A stretch of 64,000 nucleotides of DNA, taken from Geosiphon pyriformis uo1. Taxonomy: Eukaryota > Fungi > Glomeromycota. The DNA lies in NCBI GenBank assembly GCA_016748015.1, contig JAAOMT010000590.1, forward strand, positions 863,912-927,911. Reading direction: 5' to 3'. Position 1 is the stretch's first letter, and each line of letters begins with the position of its first letter. This document shows positions 29,213 to 43,900 of the stretch, one piece after another. The notes under the pieces were generated by a model that did not search any database, had not been told where the DNA came from, and was given only the letters and a program-made list of their open reading frames with translations. Both the position numbers and the translations under genes were made by a program.

Positions 29213-31550
29213 TTACAAAATTTTCAATTAGTTAACGGTTTAAATTATCTTTCGGTTGATTGTTAAAAAAAAATTTTTTTTTTTATAATAATTTTAAATT
29301 AATAGTTTTAACATCATTTAAATAATATATTGAAACGTGAAATAATTCAAACCTTTATTCTTAATTTCATGAAATTAAAAAATAAAATCAAAATTCAAAG
29401 ATAAAATAAATATTTTAAAAAAGAATTATGATTATTTTTAAATTTAGATTTTTTTTATATCTTTAGAATAATCATTTAAAAGTATTTAAAAATTAAAAAA
29501 AAACTTGATATTTTTTATATTGTGGTTTTCATAAAAAAAACTTGAAATTTTTAAAAATTATATTAATTATTAATATTTTTTCATTTAAAAAAAAAAAAAA
29601 TTTTATTTATTTCAAAAATACTCATAAAACCAAAAAAACTTTTTTGATTAAAGACATTTTTAGATCCGAATTGCATTATTAATTATTTAAATAAAAACAG
29701 ACTTGATTAAATTTATAAAGATTTTAATCTATTGTAATAATAGCTGTATATTATTTTTTTATTTTAAATATAGTTATTTTAATTCAGTCAATTTATTTTT
29801 AAATGTAAAAATTATTAATATTTAAAACAACTTTTAAAAATAAAATCTTTAACTGTTATCTTTAATTGCTTAATTATAATAAAAAATTATTTTTAAAAAA
29901 AGTTAAATTGCTAATTTAAAAATGGTTTTTATAATACTTATTAAACCTATGTATTTTATAATATACTTATTATATATTATTTTTTATTTAAATGTAAAAA
30001 TATTTTTGGTTATTATGTTGATAAATATATTTAAAAAGTATTTTTCTGTTATTAACCTTGAAAAATACTTTAAATTAAATATATTAAATAAAATATTCAA
30101 TATTTAGTATATTTAAAAATATATAAAAAAATAAAAATAAAAATAAAAATACTTATTAATTTTAGAATTATATCAATATATATTAATTATTAATTTTAAT
30201 TATACAATTTTTTTGTTATTTTTAAAATTTTTGGTCTAAAATTTTTACAGATATTTTTAAAATTTCTGGAATTTTTAATATTATATTATTTTTTAATCTT
30301 AATATTTAATTGACTAATTTGTTATAATTATTTTTCTTATTTTTTTTATAAATAATATTAACTTAAAGCTTATATAAATAACAAAAAATTAATAATTTGA
30401 TAATTTTAAATATTTAATAACTAATTTATTCTAATATTTTTATTTTTATAATAATATCTAATTTTTAATAAATTAATTTTATATTTCTGTTTATATTTTT
30501 TACTAAATAATTTTTAATATTATAATTTTAACACTTATTTTTTTAATTAATTAATTTAACAATAAAACACAATAAAATTAAAATAAAAATCAAAAAAAGA
30601 AAATAAAGTAATAAAAAAGTAATATCTATTAATACATATAATTAAAAACTATTAATTTAATATAATAAAGTTTATAAAATTATGCTTTTGATCTTTTTTG
30701 TTTTATTAAAAATAATTTGTATATAATTTTGTGTAATAACTTTGTTTTTTAAAAATAATATTAAAAGATTTTATTAATTTGTAATAATATTAAAATTGTT
30801 GTTTTAAGTTTAATTTATATATAGTTTATTAATTAATTAAAGAAACAAAATTTGGTTAACCAAATTTAAATTTAAGATTAAATTAAAAAAAGTAATATAT
30901 TAAATATAAATTAATAGTATATTACAAATATTTAGTATTAAAAAATTTTATATTGTTAATATTATTTTGCAAAAGCATTGTTTATTTTTTTGGTCTTAAC
31001 AATAATATTATAATAAAAATAATTATATTATACAGTTTTAATTAATCTGAATAACTAATTACATATAATTAATACATAACTTATATTTAATTTATACTAA
31101 ATAGTAATTGAATTTTACTTGTTAAACAATTAAAAAAAATTTGAATTAAATTAAAATTTAAAAACTAAATTTATAAAACTAATTTAAAATTTAAAATATA
31201 ATTAATTTAAAAATAATTTAAAATATTGTAAATTATATAATATAAAAATAATTACCAAAACAAATTTGTAATAAAAAAATAAAAATAAAAATTTTTAAGA
31301 AAAATATAATTGTAAAAAATTTGAATTGTATAAAAAAACCAAATTTATAAATTATATAATAAAACAAATCTAAATAATAAATTAATATTGTTTTATAATA
31401 ATAATTTTACTTATTACTTATTTTGTTTAATATTTATTTGATCATAATTATTTACTATAACCAAATTTATATTGTCAAAAAAATTAAATGATAGTATAAA
31501 TTTAAAAGTTATTATTCTTATAATCTAACTCGTAATTATGTTATAAACTG
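29100..31550. other. Extremely AT-rich low-complexity tract (similar tracts at ~13940-14520 and ~34200-35100)
   Basis: Almost no G or C and no credible ORF. Confidence 0.85.
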
Positions 31551-31773
31551 CACTAATTGTATGTTTACTATACTGATTAAAGGGGTGCTGCAACAAAACA
31601 ACATTTTGTGGCTTGGCGATTGGTGACGTAACCTGAATATTTTTCTCCCTACAAAATAATCAACCTAGGCGCGCCTTATTATCTCTACTGTTATTTGATC
31701 AACACGCGTTCACTATTTCCTTGCGAAGTTGACCTTTGGTCTTTACAAGCTTTATTCTACATTTATAACCCAG

Positions 31774-33231
31774 ATGGCTGCTCCAACTTGGATAACTGAC
31801 GCATGCCAAGCCATAGAAAAAATACGGAAAATGAAAGATGGTGACGAAAGGTACCTGAATTATATAATCAAAGATTGTTTTATCGTCTTAATTTTTTGTT
31901 GATAGGATATTTTTCTAGTCCTATATGGTGGCGAATTCTGGACCTTCGTCCTATGACCAACCGACTCGGTCCTGCTAACAAAAGGGCAAAGGAATTCGTA
32001 ACGGAGGAGACACTGAAGATGCTTGCACCTCCAAAGCTTATCTCACAACAAAGTGCCATAGACGAGGAAACGGACGTAGTACTCAATATGGTCAAGGTAT
32101 ATATTTGAAACGTCAACCACTCCTTCAATGACGGACCTGATCAAATTTTATCTTGCTACAGAGTTTACCTTCTGGCGAAATATTGGCTCAATTCCAAAAA
32201 CTTCCATCTATTGGAACTCTCGGAATACTTCAGAATCTGTCCTCAATTAAGAGTGTACAAATGGATCAGAAAAATTTAAAAAAATTTCTAGAGGGCAATG
32301 TGAAGATTGAAATGGTTCGAATGGATAAATTTGACGTGGAATTTGGAGGTGGTCTATCTATCACTAATGAGAAGATAGAAAAACTCTCTCAACACGCGGA
32401 CATCATTGCACTCGCCTCTTGTGTTCATGAAAGGTAAATACATTATCCCCTTGCTAAGTTAATCTAGATGAATTAACAACCTTATGGCATTGCTCTACAA
32501 TAGTATACGGTACTTGAACTCTGGCATCCTTCACACTACTATGGGGAAGCGGACAGTGGATATCCATATATTCAAATCACTCTTCGATATACTGCAAATA
32601 AGCAATCTCGTCCAGATTCATTAGTAGGTATTCCTAGCTTCATTTAATTCCTTTAATTTCACGATAACAATCGTTTGACACAAGATTCTTGACAACAGTG
32701 GCGAANNNNNNNNNNNNNNNNNNNNNNNNNNNNNNNNNNNNNNNNNNNNNNNNNNNNNNNNNNNNNNNNNNNNNNNNNNNNNNNNNNNNNNNNNNNNNNN
32801 NNNNNNNNNNNNNNNNNNNNNNNNNNNNNNNNNNNNNNNNNNNNNNNNNNNNNNNNNNNNNNNNNNNNNNNNNNNNNNNNNNNNNNNNNNNNNNNNNNNN
32901 NNNNNNNNNNNNNNNNNNNNNNNNNNNNNNNNNNNNNNNNNNNNNNNNNNNNNNNNNNNNNNNNNNNNNNNNNNNNNNNNNNNNNNNNNNNNNNNNNNTT
33001 ATGTCACTCTGCGTTCTTAGAGCCTTTCGCTGTATGATGATGAGATAAGAGTTATAGAGATGGGAATCGCAGAAAATGTTGGACCGGATCATGCTGAAAC
33101 CGATCAAGAGACTGACGCAAACTCGACCAAGGTCTTTAAAGGGAATCGTGATCAGTGGGAGGAACTCAAGCGCGTCATTCAGAAGGAGGCGGGTGGTTCA
33201 CTAACGGATTTATTGCTAAAAGGCCTATTGG
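31774..33231 (+). pseudogene. Spliced gene of unknown function, probably a pseudogene; possibly from the expanded Glomeromycotina family with a REase-like C-terminus
   Basis: GC-richer island with in-frame GT..AG splicing (31774-31850, 31919-32096, 32162-32433, 32504-...). In-frame TAG near 32622. After the gap the frame reads EMGIAENVGP...KVFKGNRD. The family assignment is recollection only. Confidence 0.4.
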
Positions 33232-33538
33232 NNNNNNNNNNNNNNNNNNNNNNNNNNNNNNNNNNNNNNNNNNNNNNNNNNNNNNNNNNNNNNNNNNNNN
33301 NNNNNNNNNNNNNNNNNNNNNNNNNNNNNNNNNNNNNNNAAGCCTAAAACTAAACCGAAGCTAAAGAGAAAGAAATAAAGGAATAGTATAGGGTGTTTCC
33401 TGTCTGCCTCATGGATATCGAATAAGTGGGTTTTGAATTCAACGTGTGAATAGACCCCGCTCCAAAATCATTTCGCAAAACTTAACGCTTATTCAATAAT
33501 TTTATTAAAAAGCTAAAGCTTTTAACAACTCGAACAAT

Positions 33539-34210
33539 ATGGAGCTTGAAACTAATTTACATTAAATTCACTGTGGAACCGAAAAATTACAGCATCATCA
33601 AAAGTATTATAAAAAATTGCACCTTATGTTTTCAAAATAGTTGATATCAAAATTTATTCGAGAATACTTAGATAAAGAAGGAATTACTTATGAGATTTGC
33701 CAGAAAGAAAAGGTCATCAAAAGAGCATTGGAAAATTCAAATCAAAACCAAGGAAAAAGAGAAAAATATCAGAAGAGTAATAAGATATAGGAGTAACCTT
33801 ATATATTTTTAATAAACCATGTAGAAAATATTTCACAAAACCAGACAAAATAAACATAAAATATATTATATAGTTATGATAATTGAATACATAAAACTAA
33901 TAGAATTCTTGAAAACAGACTGTAGTTGTGGTTGCTCTATCAAGATTCTTAAAGAAAAATTTGTGAAAATATATAAAACTTTTTAAGCTCTTTTTAAGTC
34001 AGAATAAGATATCTTTTTAATAATTTAGCCCAAGACCATGAATAGTAAATTCATAAATGTTAATTACTATCTTAAGAAAAAAGCTTACATTAATAAAAAA
34101 CAATATATTGTTAGGACCACAATATATTTCTTTGCCAAAAAACATATTTGAATATGCTAAAAATTGGTTATGTCCATTTTAAAAATATATAAAACTATTT
34201 AGTAAAAAAT
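33539..34210 (+). mobile_element. Degenerate fragment of a probable DNA-transposon (Sola-like) transposase N-terminal region
   Basis: Stop-interrupted Cys-containing frame KLIEFLKTDCSCGCSIKILKEKF...DHNIFLCQKTYLNMLKIG resembles repeated Glomeromycotina transposase-like proteins as I recall them. No TIRs identified. Confidence 0.4.
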
Positions 34211-35109
34211 GTTAATTGAATTATCCAATTAATTATCTTTTTATTTGAAAAAATAAGTTATAATTTCTTAGCTGGTTTAAAAAAAAAAATTATTTGTATG
34301 TATTTAAATATAATATGTTTTGTAAATTGTTAATATTAGTTAATATTATATATCCAAATTATAAGCTTTTAAATTAATTTATGTAATATTTGTTAATACT
34401 TATAAAATAATTTACAATTTATAAAAAAAAAAAACTCTAAACATATTTAACCAAACCAAGTTAAAATAAAACTATTACAATAAAAATACCAAGTTAATAT
34501 AAAAATAAACAAAACTTATTAATTGATATTATTTAATGATAATATTAAGACTTAATATTATAGTATTAATAATATTATTTAATTATAACTAAACTTAAAA
34601 TGTTTATATATCATATTTAAATTAATAAATTAACAAAATATATTATCTTAATATTTATAAAATATATTTATTTAATATTCAAAATAAAATAATATATAAA
34701 TAAATTAATTTTATACTAAATATAAATAAATTATTTATAATAATATAGATAAACAAAACAAAAACAATATTACTTTTTAGTTTTTTTTGTATTTGGTATT
34801 TTTTTAGTATTATAAAAACATTAAGTTAAATTTTAAATTATATTAAATTTAAATATAATAGTGGTTTTAGTTTAATTAAAAGATTTTATCATAAAATTAT
34901 AGTAAATTATATAAATTATTTCATAAATATAAAAAAACTAGCATTATAAAATTAAATAAAACTTGTTTTAAAAAATTGTTTAATTTTAATATTGTATAAT
35001 CTATTTTAAAAATTTAAATTATTAAAATATTGTAAATTTAAAACTTTAATAACATAAAAAATCAAAGCTTTATTATTTTTAATGCGAATATTTATTTTTA
35101 TTATAATGT

Positions 35110-36639
35110 TGTTACAGATAAGTTTTAGGGTCTCAAAGCAAATAACAAATCTGTAATTTGGTGCTCAATTGATATAAAGATGTTGATTACTAAAAGTAGT
35201 TTGTATCTGAAGATTTTGGTTAAATTCTTTGTATTGTTACAGTTGAAACCCATAATTTTTATTAGTTATCACATGTATTAGCCACTGATGTCATATAATT
35301 AGCCACTCTATTTTTAGATAGTAATTATTAACTTGATCAATGACCTGACCATTGACCTGATCATTAACCTGATCATTGACCTGATCATTGATCTGGTTAT
35401 TGACCACTTTTATTAGCTATATAAGTGATGAGTCTTTTAGCTGTAGAAAATCATCTTTCAGACAAGAATCAAATAAATAAAAATAACAACTTTCATCTCA
35501 ATCACTCTCTTATTGCTAAATTTCCCTTTCCCTACCTTCAAGTATCTGAACATCTTAGGATAAAAGATTACTTGTTGGCCTTTTTCTGTTTGAATAATTG
35601 TAGTATTTGAAGACTATTTGTATAAACGTAACTAAAGAGCACAAGTTGATACCTAATATTGAATTCTAAGAGCACCAACATGAAGACATAGAATTAATAC
35701 CAGCAGTGATCAATTGTTGACAGTATGGACTATTCTTCTGCCTTCAGATTCTCCAGTTATCTTTGAAAAGAATAGTGACTGAGATATTTTATGAGACTGA
35801 TCTTGCATATTGAATCCATACTTATTCAATTCACTCTTTGAAGTTGAATTCCCTTTGATCTATTCTATCACCATAAAATTCTGTTCTCTCTTGCTATCCA
35901 TTAGTTTGTTACTCCAACCTGTAACAGTATAATAAACAGAGATTCAATAGTTGTTTTCAGTAGTCTCCCAGAATCGTAATTCCATTAATTTTTTTCTTAT
36001 CTTGATGGCCAGCAATTCTTTGGTAAGTAATCCATAATTTTTGTATGTGCTTTACCTATTCACAGGGGTTTTTTACCAGACAATTCTTGACATCAATAAT
36101 TCAGCACTTAATTTTTAATCAATTTAGTAAACAACAAAAGAAATAACAATAGAAAATAAAAGAAACAAAAAAAATAAAGAAATAAGCCAAGGCAATTTTT
36201 CAAGTTAGTATCTTGTCAATAGCCGTGATCAAGAGCTATTGTTTCAGTATAATTAAGTATAAATTACTATCAACATAAAGTATTGATAGTAGAAAGTGGA
36301 TTAAGATAGTAAATAATTATTTATTAATATTTGTGATATGAAAGATTGCTTAGATTAAATCTAAACTGAGTGGTTTGTTTTTTCTACTTCTAATTCTACC
36401 ACTATATATACATAATTGAGATTTCTCAATTCCTCAATTCTTTACACCAGGAATCCTGCAATTTCCCTGAAAAGAATCCTGGAATTCTGAAATCTTGCAA
36501 TTTCTTTATATAAGAATCCTAAAATTTCTGAAATTCTGCAATTTTACTACAAAGAATCCTAAAATTCTATATTTACTACAGCTATTTCTGATTGGCTAAG
36601 TTTATATGCTAATATATTTCTTATATTTTATGAGTAACA
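35110..36639 (-). repeat. 3' LTR of element A (~834 bp once the solo-LTR insertion is removed)
   Basis: Homologous to 43743-44588 and 54906-55766, with TG..CA termini and an adjacent PPT (aaaaaggagaaaataa on the - strand). Confidence 0.9.
35235..35926 (+). mobile_element. Solo LTR (692 bp) of a different family inserted in the LTR of element A
   Basis: 8-bp inverted termini TGTTACAG...CTGTAACA and a perfect 4-bp TSD GTAT (35231-35234 and 35927-35930). Removing it restores ttctttgtat|aataaacagag, matching the uninterrupted LTR at 43861. Orientation is inferred from TATATAA (~35419) followed by AATAAA. Confidence 0.9.
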
Positions 36640-36653
36640 TTATTTTCTCCTTT

Positions 36654-37283
36654 TTAATATTGAGCTCTGTCAAGATTTTCTAATTCTACTTCTCTGTTGC
36701 TGAGTATTTCTTGAACTTCTTTTTCAAGAATTACTTATGCTATTTTGTTCTGTAATTTTTCAAATTGGACATTTATTATTTTTTCCATTTGGTTAATGGT
36801 AATAGAGTTTATTTTTGGATCGAGTAAGATTTCTAGTCAATTTTGAAATCTGGTGTGTAGCTGATAAATTGCTCTTGCTTGTGTGGTCAAATTGTTTTTT
36901 CCCACAAATTGTTCCAGTTGTTGCAATATTGTTGTGTTAAATAATTGTTTTGTTTTATCCATATATAAGTTCTGAATGTTCAAGTGTTGTTCCAAATAAA
37001 AGTAACAAAAGTTTCTTGAAAATTGTTGTATCCACTAATTCCAAGTTTCAATAGTCAACTTTTGATATTGGGTAACTTTTGGTTGTGTTTCTATTGTCAA
37101 TTTTACTTTTATGATTATTTTGTTCACAGTGTTCTCTGTTTTCCTTCATATTTTGTTTCATAGTCTTTTCCTGATATTTGTATATCAAATAGTTTGTTAA
37201 TTAATTGTAATTTCTATCTTTTGTTGTTGTATTAATTGAAAAAGTTGTTGTGCTAATGAGTGAATACTATTAGTAATCTTCAT
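36654..37283 (-). pseudogene. ORF3 of element A (210 codons, env position, unknown function)
   Basis: A single frame runs from ATG 37283 to TAA 36654 at the PPT, with only transition-type internal stops. Homologous to the ORF3 of elements B and D. Confidence 0.85.
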
Positions 37284-40200
37284 TTTCTATTGTCTTTTGT
37301 TGCATATACCATCTTTTTATATTCTTTGATTGTTCAATTTTACATGTTTGGTTTAATGATTATAATTGGTTTTAGATCTTGTGAAATCTCATCTGGTTTA
37401 ACTAGTATTCTCTGTACTTCTAATTGTGGAATATTACTAATAGATAATGTTGTTATACTGTAGTCTGGCTTCAGTCAATCTCTATGTGCTGTTTTGGTTA
37501 AGGTTTTGTTGTTTAATCTTAATTTATAAGCTCCATTTCTAAGAATTTCTTCTATGTAAAATGGTTTGTCCCATTTAAGGTCAAATTTTCCATTTCATTG
37601 TTTTTCTATTTTGGTATGATGTAGAAGTACTTTGTCTTCAATCTTGAATTTAACTGGTTTCTCTGATAGTTGGTTATTGTGTCTTTCTTTTTGTTTTTCT
37701 TGTGACTTTTATATATTATCAGCTGCTTTTTGCTGTGTGTTTTTTAATGTCTCTATTAAGTCATATGTTTTTCTTAACAATGTTTTTTGGAAATTTTCTT
37801 CTGTTATTGGTTTTGTTGGATATGTTTTGACTTCTATCTTAACTGGTAATGTCACTGTTCTATCATATACTAATTTAAATAATGTTGCTTGTGTAGTGCC
37901 TCGCTTCATTATTCAATACGCAAATAATACTGATGGTATGATTAAATCTTATTCATTCTGGTTTTTTGGCTGATTTTGGCTATTGCTTCATACAGTGTTC
38001 TGTTGAACCTTTCAACTAATCCATTTGTTTGTGGATGGTATGGTGATGATAATGGTCTTTTTATTCCAAATCTTTGACTTAATTCTGCCAATGTTCTATT
38101 CACAAAGTGAGTTTTTTGATCTGGTAATAGTTTTTTTGGACATCTATGTTAACAGATCAAATCTTGATGAACAAATTTGGCAATGGATTTTACATCTACT
38201 CTTTAAATGGCTTTTGCTTCTGGCCATTTTGTGAGATAATCTATGACTACTGCAATATATCTGTTGCTTTTGCTGGTGATTGTTAATGGTCCAACTAAGT
38301 TAATTCCAATGTGGTTAAATGGTTGGCCCATTTTAATTGGTCTTAATGGTTCACTTGGTTTTGTTCTTCCTCTTTTCTGACAAGCATCACAGTTCTAAAC
38401 ATATTAAATAATATCTGGATACATAGATGGCCAATAGTATCTTTTTTTGGTTCTTTCTATAGTTGCTTCTTTATGAAAATGTCCTGCTGTTAGATCTGAG
38501 TGCATATTGAATAATATTGTCTCTTTCTCTGGTTCTGTAATTACTCTGGTTAGTTGATCTGGGTTCTTTCTGTTCTTCCAATAAAGTATATTTTGGTGGT
38601 TAATAAAATATTTTGATTGTTGTTTTATGTTGTTTTGCTCTTTTTGAGATAATTTTTTCTTGAACAATTGGGTATTTATATAGTGTTAGAGTTGTTGGTA
38701 TTTTTGTATATTCATTTTTTTTCTATATTTTTGGGTTGCAATGTTTTTAGATTTGTCTCATTCATGACAAACTGTCAGCATTTCCATTTTCTTTTCCTTT
38801 CTTATAATGTACTATATAATTAAATGGTAAGAGTTCTATTTTTCATTTGGCATGATGATTGTTTCCAAATTTTTGTTTCTGGATTGAAGTCAATCTTTTA
38901 TGATTAGTGTACACATTAAACTTCTGACTCAAGTATTTTTTCCATTTGGTGACAGCCCAATAAATAGCTAAGTGTTCCAATGCTGGAGTTCTATAGTTTT
39001 TTTCAGCTGGGCTTAAGCTTCTATTTGTGTAAGCTACTTGATGTTCTTGTCTGTCTGGTCTTTTCTGAGATAATACTACTCCCAATGCTTAACCAGATAC
39101 ATTAGTTGTGATTATGAATGGCTTGCTATGATCTGAATAGATTAGTACTAAAGCTTGAATAAGTTTTTTTCTTAATGTATCAAAAGCTTCTTGCTGAATT
39201 TCTGTCCATTCATATTTGGCATTCTTTGTTTGGAGTTGGTGTAGTGGTTAAGCTATTTTGAAAAAGTTTTTGATAAAACGGTGGTAGTATCCAGCAAATT
39301 TCAAGAATACTCTTAATTCTGTAAAATTATTTGGTACTGGAAAGTTTTTGACAATCTCAATCTTGTCTGAGTTCGTTTTGATTCTGTCTTTGCTCACAAC
39401 ATGTCCCAAAAACTTGAGTTCAGTTTTTTCAAAGAAACATTTGGTTGTATTTAGCTTTAATCCAGCTCTTTTTAGTCTTTCAAACACTTGTTGGAGATGA
39501 TGCAGATGATTATCAAATGTTTTTGAGAACACATTAGTGTTATCCAAGTATATGACTACTGATTTCCATAGTAACTCAGTATAAACAATTTCCATAAGTT
39601 GCTGGAGTATTCATCAAGCCAAATGGCATTACTTCAAATTCAAAGTTTTCTTCTCGAGTTGTAAAAGCTGTTTTCTCTTTATCTTCTGGTTTTATGGCTA
39701 TTTGCCAGTAACCACTATCTAAGTTTAATGTTGAAAACCATTTTTTTCTTCCAAAAGCATCAAAAAGTTCCTGGATTTTTGGAGTTGAGTAGCTGTCTCC
39801 TTTTGTTACTCTATTCAGTTTCTGGTAATCCACACAAAAGTGGATTTTTCTATTCTTCTTATGGACTAGTACCACTAGTGATGACCATGAACTCATTGAT
39901 GGCTGAATTAGTCTATTGTCAAGCATTCGATTGATTTCTTGATGAATGATCTCATAGCTAGCTGGTGGTATTTTGTATGTTTTTTGTTTAATTGGCATTG
40001 TATCTTCAGTCTTGATTTGATGTTAGATAATGTTAGTTCTGCCAAATTTATTTTTGCTGGCAAAGATGTTATTGAAATTGTTGAGTAACATTTTGAGTTG
40101 CATATGTTGTAGTGAATCTAAGTTCCTCATGTTCATTTGTTCCAATTGTTCTAATTGGAGCAAATAACATTTATTTTGTTCATATATTGTTTGTGATGTA

Positions 40201-40571
40201 ATATCCACATATCTGCAAAGTTGTGAAAAGTCTGGAATAATGTCTGGCAGTTGGTTTTCAATTTTAGTGGTTAAGTATCCAATAGTTGTTTCTTCTGGTA
40301 TTCTGATAACATTTTCTGTGTTGTTGTAGATGGAAATTTTTATGTGACTATGGTTTTTGGCTGGTATGTGTAAATTGACTAATCCAATTTCTTCTAATTT
40401 GCAAGTATTGCTTCTGCCTCAAAAATTTGAACCTAATTCTTCACTTTTCTCTCTATAACTACCATGTATTAGTCATATGGTGGAATAGAAATTGATTGAT
40501 GGATGGAGATAATTTCTTCCTTGTCAACAATTTCTTCTTCTGCCATATTAATTGGTACATCTATTCTATCT

Positions 40572-40975
40572 GTTAATCCAAAATCCTGTATCTCTTTAGT
40601 TGTAATTCCTAATTCTTCACTGTTTCCTACTAATACTAATTAAGCTATTTTAATTAGGGACAAAAATATTGCCTGTATTATCTTTTTGTTTAGATCTATA
40701 ATATATGCTTTTTCTGAGTCATTTTGTAGTATAGTAATAATATTTCTTATATATTTTGCGTCAATTATTCCTCTTCTGATGTTGATTTTCTTTTTTGCTA
40801 AGCTGCTCCTAGATACTAACTGAACCATTATTGCTGGAATTTTCAATGCTATTTTGAAATCAATACAGATATGTAAATGGGGTTCCAATTTGATGAGATT
40901 TTTTCTTGAATATCTCAGATCAAACTCTGCATCAGTATCATGCACACATTCTGGCATAATACCTTCATTATTATC
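40572..40975 (-). pseudogene. dut: dUTPase domain in the pol of element A
   Basis: Motifs DA(E)FDL, SRSSLA, GIIDAKY, IIQAIF and degenerate motif V EIQDFGLT. Confidence 0.88.
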
Positions 40976-43900
40976 ACTAAACAATTTTAGTTCTTGTTCT
41001 TTGGTGAGATTAGAGAGTGCAATATATTGTTCATGGTTTAAATTGGAGTTTGAATCTAAGTCTAAATTGTTGTCATTGTTATTATCATATGGAATGGAGC
41101 TGGAACTATTGTTTTTATTGTCATTATTGTCGGAGTTTGAATCAGAATTAAATTTTGATTCCAATTCTGATGTATAGCTGTTGATTGGTTTTTCCTTCTC
41201 TGGGATCATGTAGATTATGCAAATTGGTGAATTGTAAATGAGATCACATTCATTACAATATTGAAAGTTACAGAGAATTAAGCAGTGTTAACACAGTTTA
41301 GTGTTTAACTGTTCTAAGCATTGCTCTTGCTCTTCTCTAGTGGGTGCTAAGTTTTGATAATGTTCATAAAATTTTTCTGGATCTGTTTCAATATCTAGAA
41401 ATGTTTTTGGATTGGGAATTAAAACAATGTCAACTGGTTCTGGTGGGTTGTTTTTGATCTCTAAGATTTTGCTGGGCATGGCTCCTTTGACTTTGGCATT
41501 AGCCATATGCCAGATCTCGTCCTTGTCATGTGGATACCTATTTAAGCAATTGATTGCTTGGTGCCAGGCTACAGTAATAGGCATTCCATAACTCACCCAG
41601 TTGTTGATGAGAATCGTGTATTAGCATAAAGTGTCATATGTTTCTCCTTACCCAGAAATATTATTCCACATCTCTTTGTTGAACAACTGTTCACTGCAAG
41701 CAAGACATAGTCCATTGTTCTATTTTCCTTGACATTTTGGATACTTATATTGTTTTCTATAGTATGGCTTACAGTAATAATACATAGATGTCTAGTAGTC
41801 TTCATTTGACACCACCCAAGCTCCCATAAAAAAAAGTTTCTTCCCATAGTCTTTGCATTTGAGAGATATGTATAGTGGTTGTGGCAGTGGCTTGTGAACT
41901 GAGTATAAATTTGTCCAGCCACTGTTTATTTCTCTGGTGTTGGTGGCTTTTTTGGTTATGTTTTCTTCTTCTTTCTTCTTTTCCTTTCCTTTGTTGTTCT
42001 CTTTCCACTCCTAATTTGACAGTTTGTCTTGGTTATTGTCAGTTTCCTATGCTTGGTTAGTATTCCAAGTAAGTTTTTCTCATTGTTTTTCTTTCCCATT
42101 GTCATCTTAAGAAAGGATGGATGGTAGCTTGTTGTGGTTGTCATCAGCCCATGAGACTTAATACGCTTCCCAAGTTGGTTTTTTTTTTTTTTCCTCAAAG
42201 TTAATAAGTGGTACTGGTGGGTTGTTGGTTTTGAAGTGACCACACATGGCTGGTACTTGTGTGTATTGGCTGTTTTGGCTAAGTTGAAGCTCTTGTGTTG
42301 TCCAGTCAAGTATGGTATTAGTTTTAGATAACCAGTTATTATCTACTAATGCCTAATATTAAGTTGCTTTTATTATTAGAACTTTGATGGAAATGATAAT
42401 ACCATTGACTTCAAAAGAGAAGTCATCAATTTCACCAATAAGGGTTTTGGTTGTCTCATCAGCAGTAATTATGCAAGCACTGGTGGTGTAATCAACTCAG
42501 CAACCTAATTGGTCCATGAGTTGTTTTGTAATGATGCTGCCAGTTGATCCACTGTTTAAGATCAGTTTGATGGAATGCCCATCCACTTTGACATCAGTGT
42601 ACATTGCAGTTATGGATTTGGTGTCTAATGTGGCTCTACTAAATAATAGAACTGGAGTCATTTCTTTAAGTTCAAAAAGAAATATAATAACAAGAGTTTT
42701 GTCTTTGGTGCTGGTTGCGGGTAGAATATTATTAGTAAGTATTGGTTATTGATTGGATTCTGGGTTATTGGGTGAGGCATCTTTTGAGGTAACCAGGAGA
42801 CTTAAATAGTGTTGTAAATTCTGGTTTTGGGTGTACTTAGTTTCCAAGCTCCAAGAACATAATTTTGATAATTGGTTAAAAAAGCTGGGAATTGGTTGAT
42901 GAACAACTATCATTGATCTCTAGTTTTAAGTGATCCATAATCTGGGGTTCTCTAATGTCATTTGGGCTGGATTTGATGGCAATATTTAAACTATGTATGT
43001 CTAATAAATTATTTGGGGCTGTGATAGTTGATATATTATTTGTGGCTGTGGTTGATAAATTGAAGGTTGATATATGAGTGGTTGGTATATTGGTGGTTGT
43101 GTCATTAATAGATAAGTGATTTGATATTAATCTTGATTTGAGTAATAGTTCAAAGTTTGAAATTGACAATCAGAGTTTTTGTATTGATTTTCTAATCATA
43201 AGTTACTATAAGAATGGCAGTTGATTCTGATGTAATCTTGTTTATTACAGTTATAACAAACATGTATCTCTTGCTGCCATGTTTGATTAGATGACAAGAG
43301 ATGCAATTAATTTTGGAAATAATTGGTATTTTCTACATTATTGCATCATTGTGGTGGCTGATAAATTGTGCAATTGTCAGTTAAGTATTCTTCTAATTTC
43401 TGATTAATTGAATTATTGAATTGTTTCAATTTGGAATCCAATTTAGATGATCCATTCATCACTAGATTAATGGCTTGGGCATGATTGGCCTCTAACTCAG
43501 CCAACTCAAAGTCTCTAGCATGAATAATGGCAGCTTGAAGCATGGCTGAATGTAATAGACATACATGTTGGAAAATACTACTACACAGGTCATGAATAAA
43601 CTGGTTCAAAATCTGTGGTGCTGTAAAATAGTTGGTGTTGATTGCTTGGATCTGACACAGATTTCAATGGAAGCATCTCAAGTATGTAATGACTGCTTTT
43701 GTATCTCCTTGTTTGATTGTATTGAAAATATTGGCCAAGTGATATTACAAGTGATTATTTGGGGTCTCAAATCAAATAACAAATCTGTAACTTGATGCTT
43801 GATTGATTTATTAGCATTTGATCTGAAGGTATTGTTATTTGAAAGTTTTGGTTGAGTCTTTTGTATAATAAACAGAGATTTAATAGTTGTTTTAGTAGCC

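Larger units (their letters stand above)
35110..43742 (-). mobile_element. Ty3/gypsy element A (decayed): 3' LTR, ORF3, IN, RNase H, RT, dUTPase, PR and 3' part of gag; interrupted by element B at 43743
   Basis: 3' LTR 35110-36639 (TGTTACA...GTAACA) and PPT 36640-36655. IN zinc motif HSDLTAGHF..RYYWPSM, RT motifs FCVDY and MPFGL, RNase H LEHLAIYWAV, protease LIL(N)SGS, degenerate gag knuckle at ~43215-43260. Many stops. Confidence 0.93.

Noticed and set aside
35110-35926. 817-bp solo LTR starting at 35110
   Set aside because: No TSD. Positions 35110-35234 belong to element A's LTR, and the true solo LTR is 35235-35926 with TSD GTAT.
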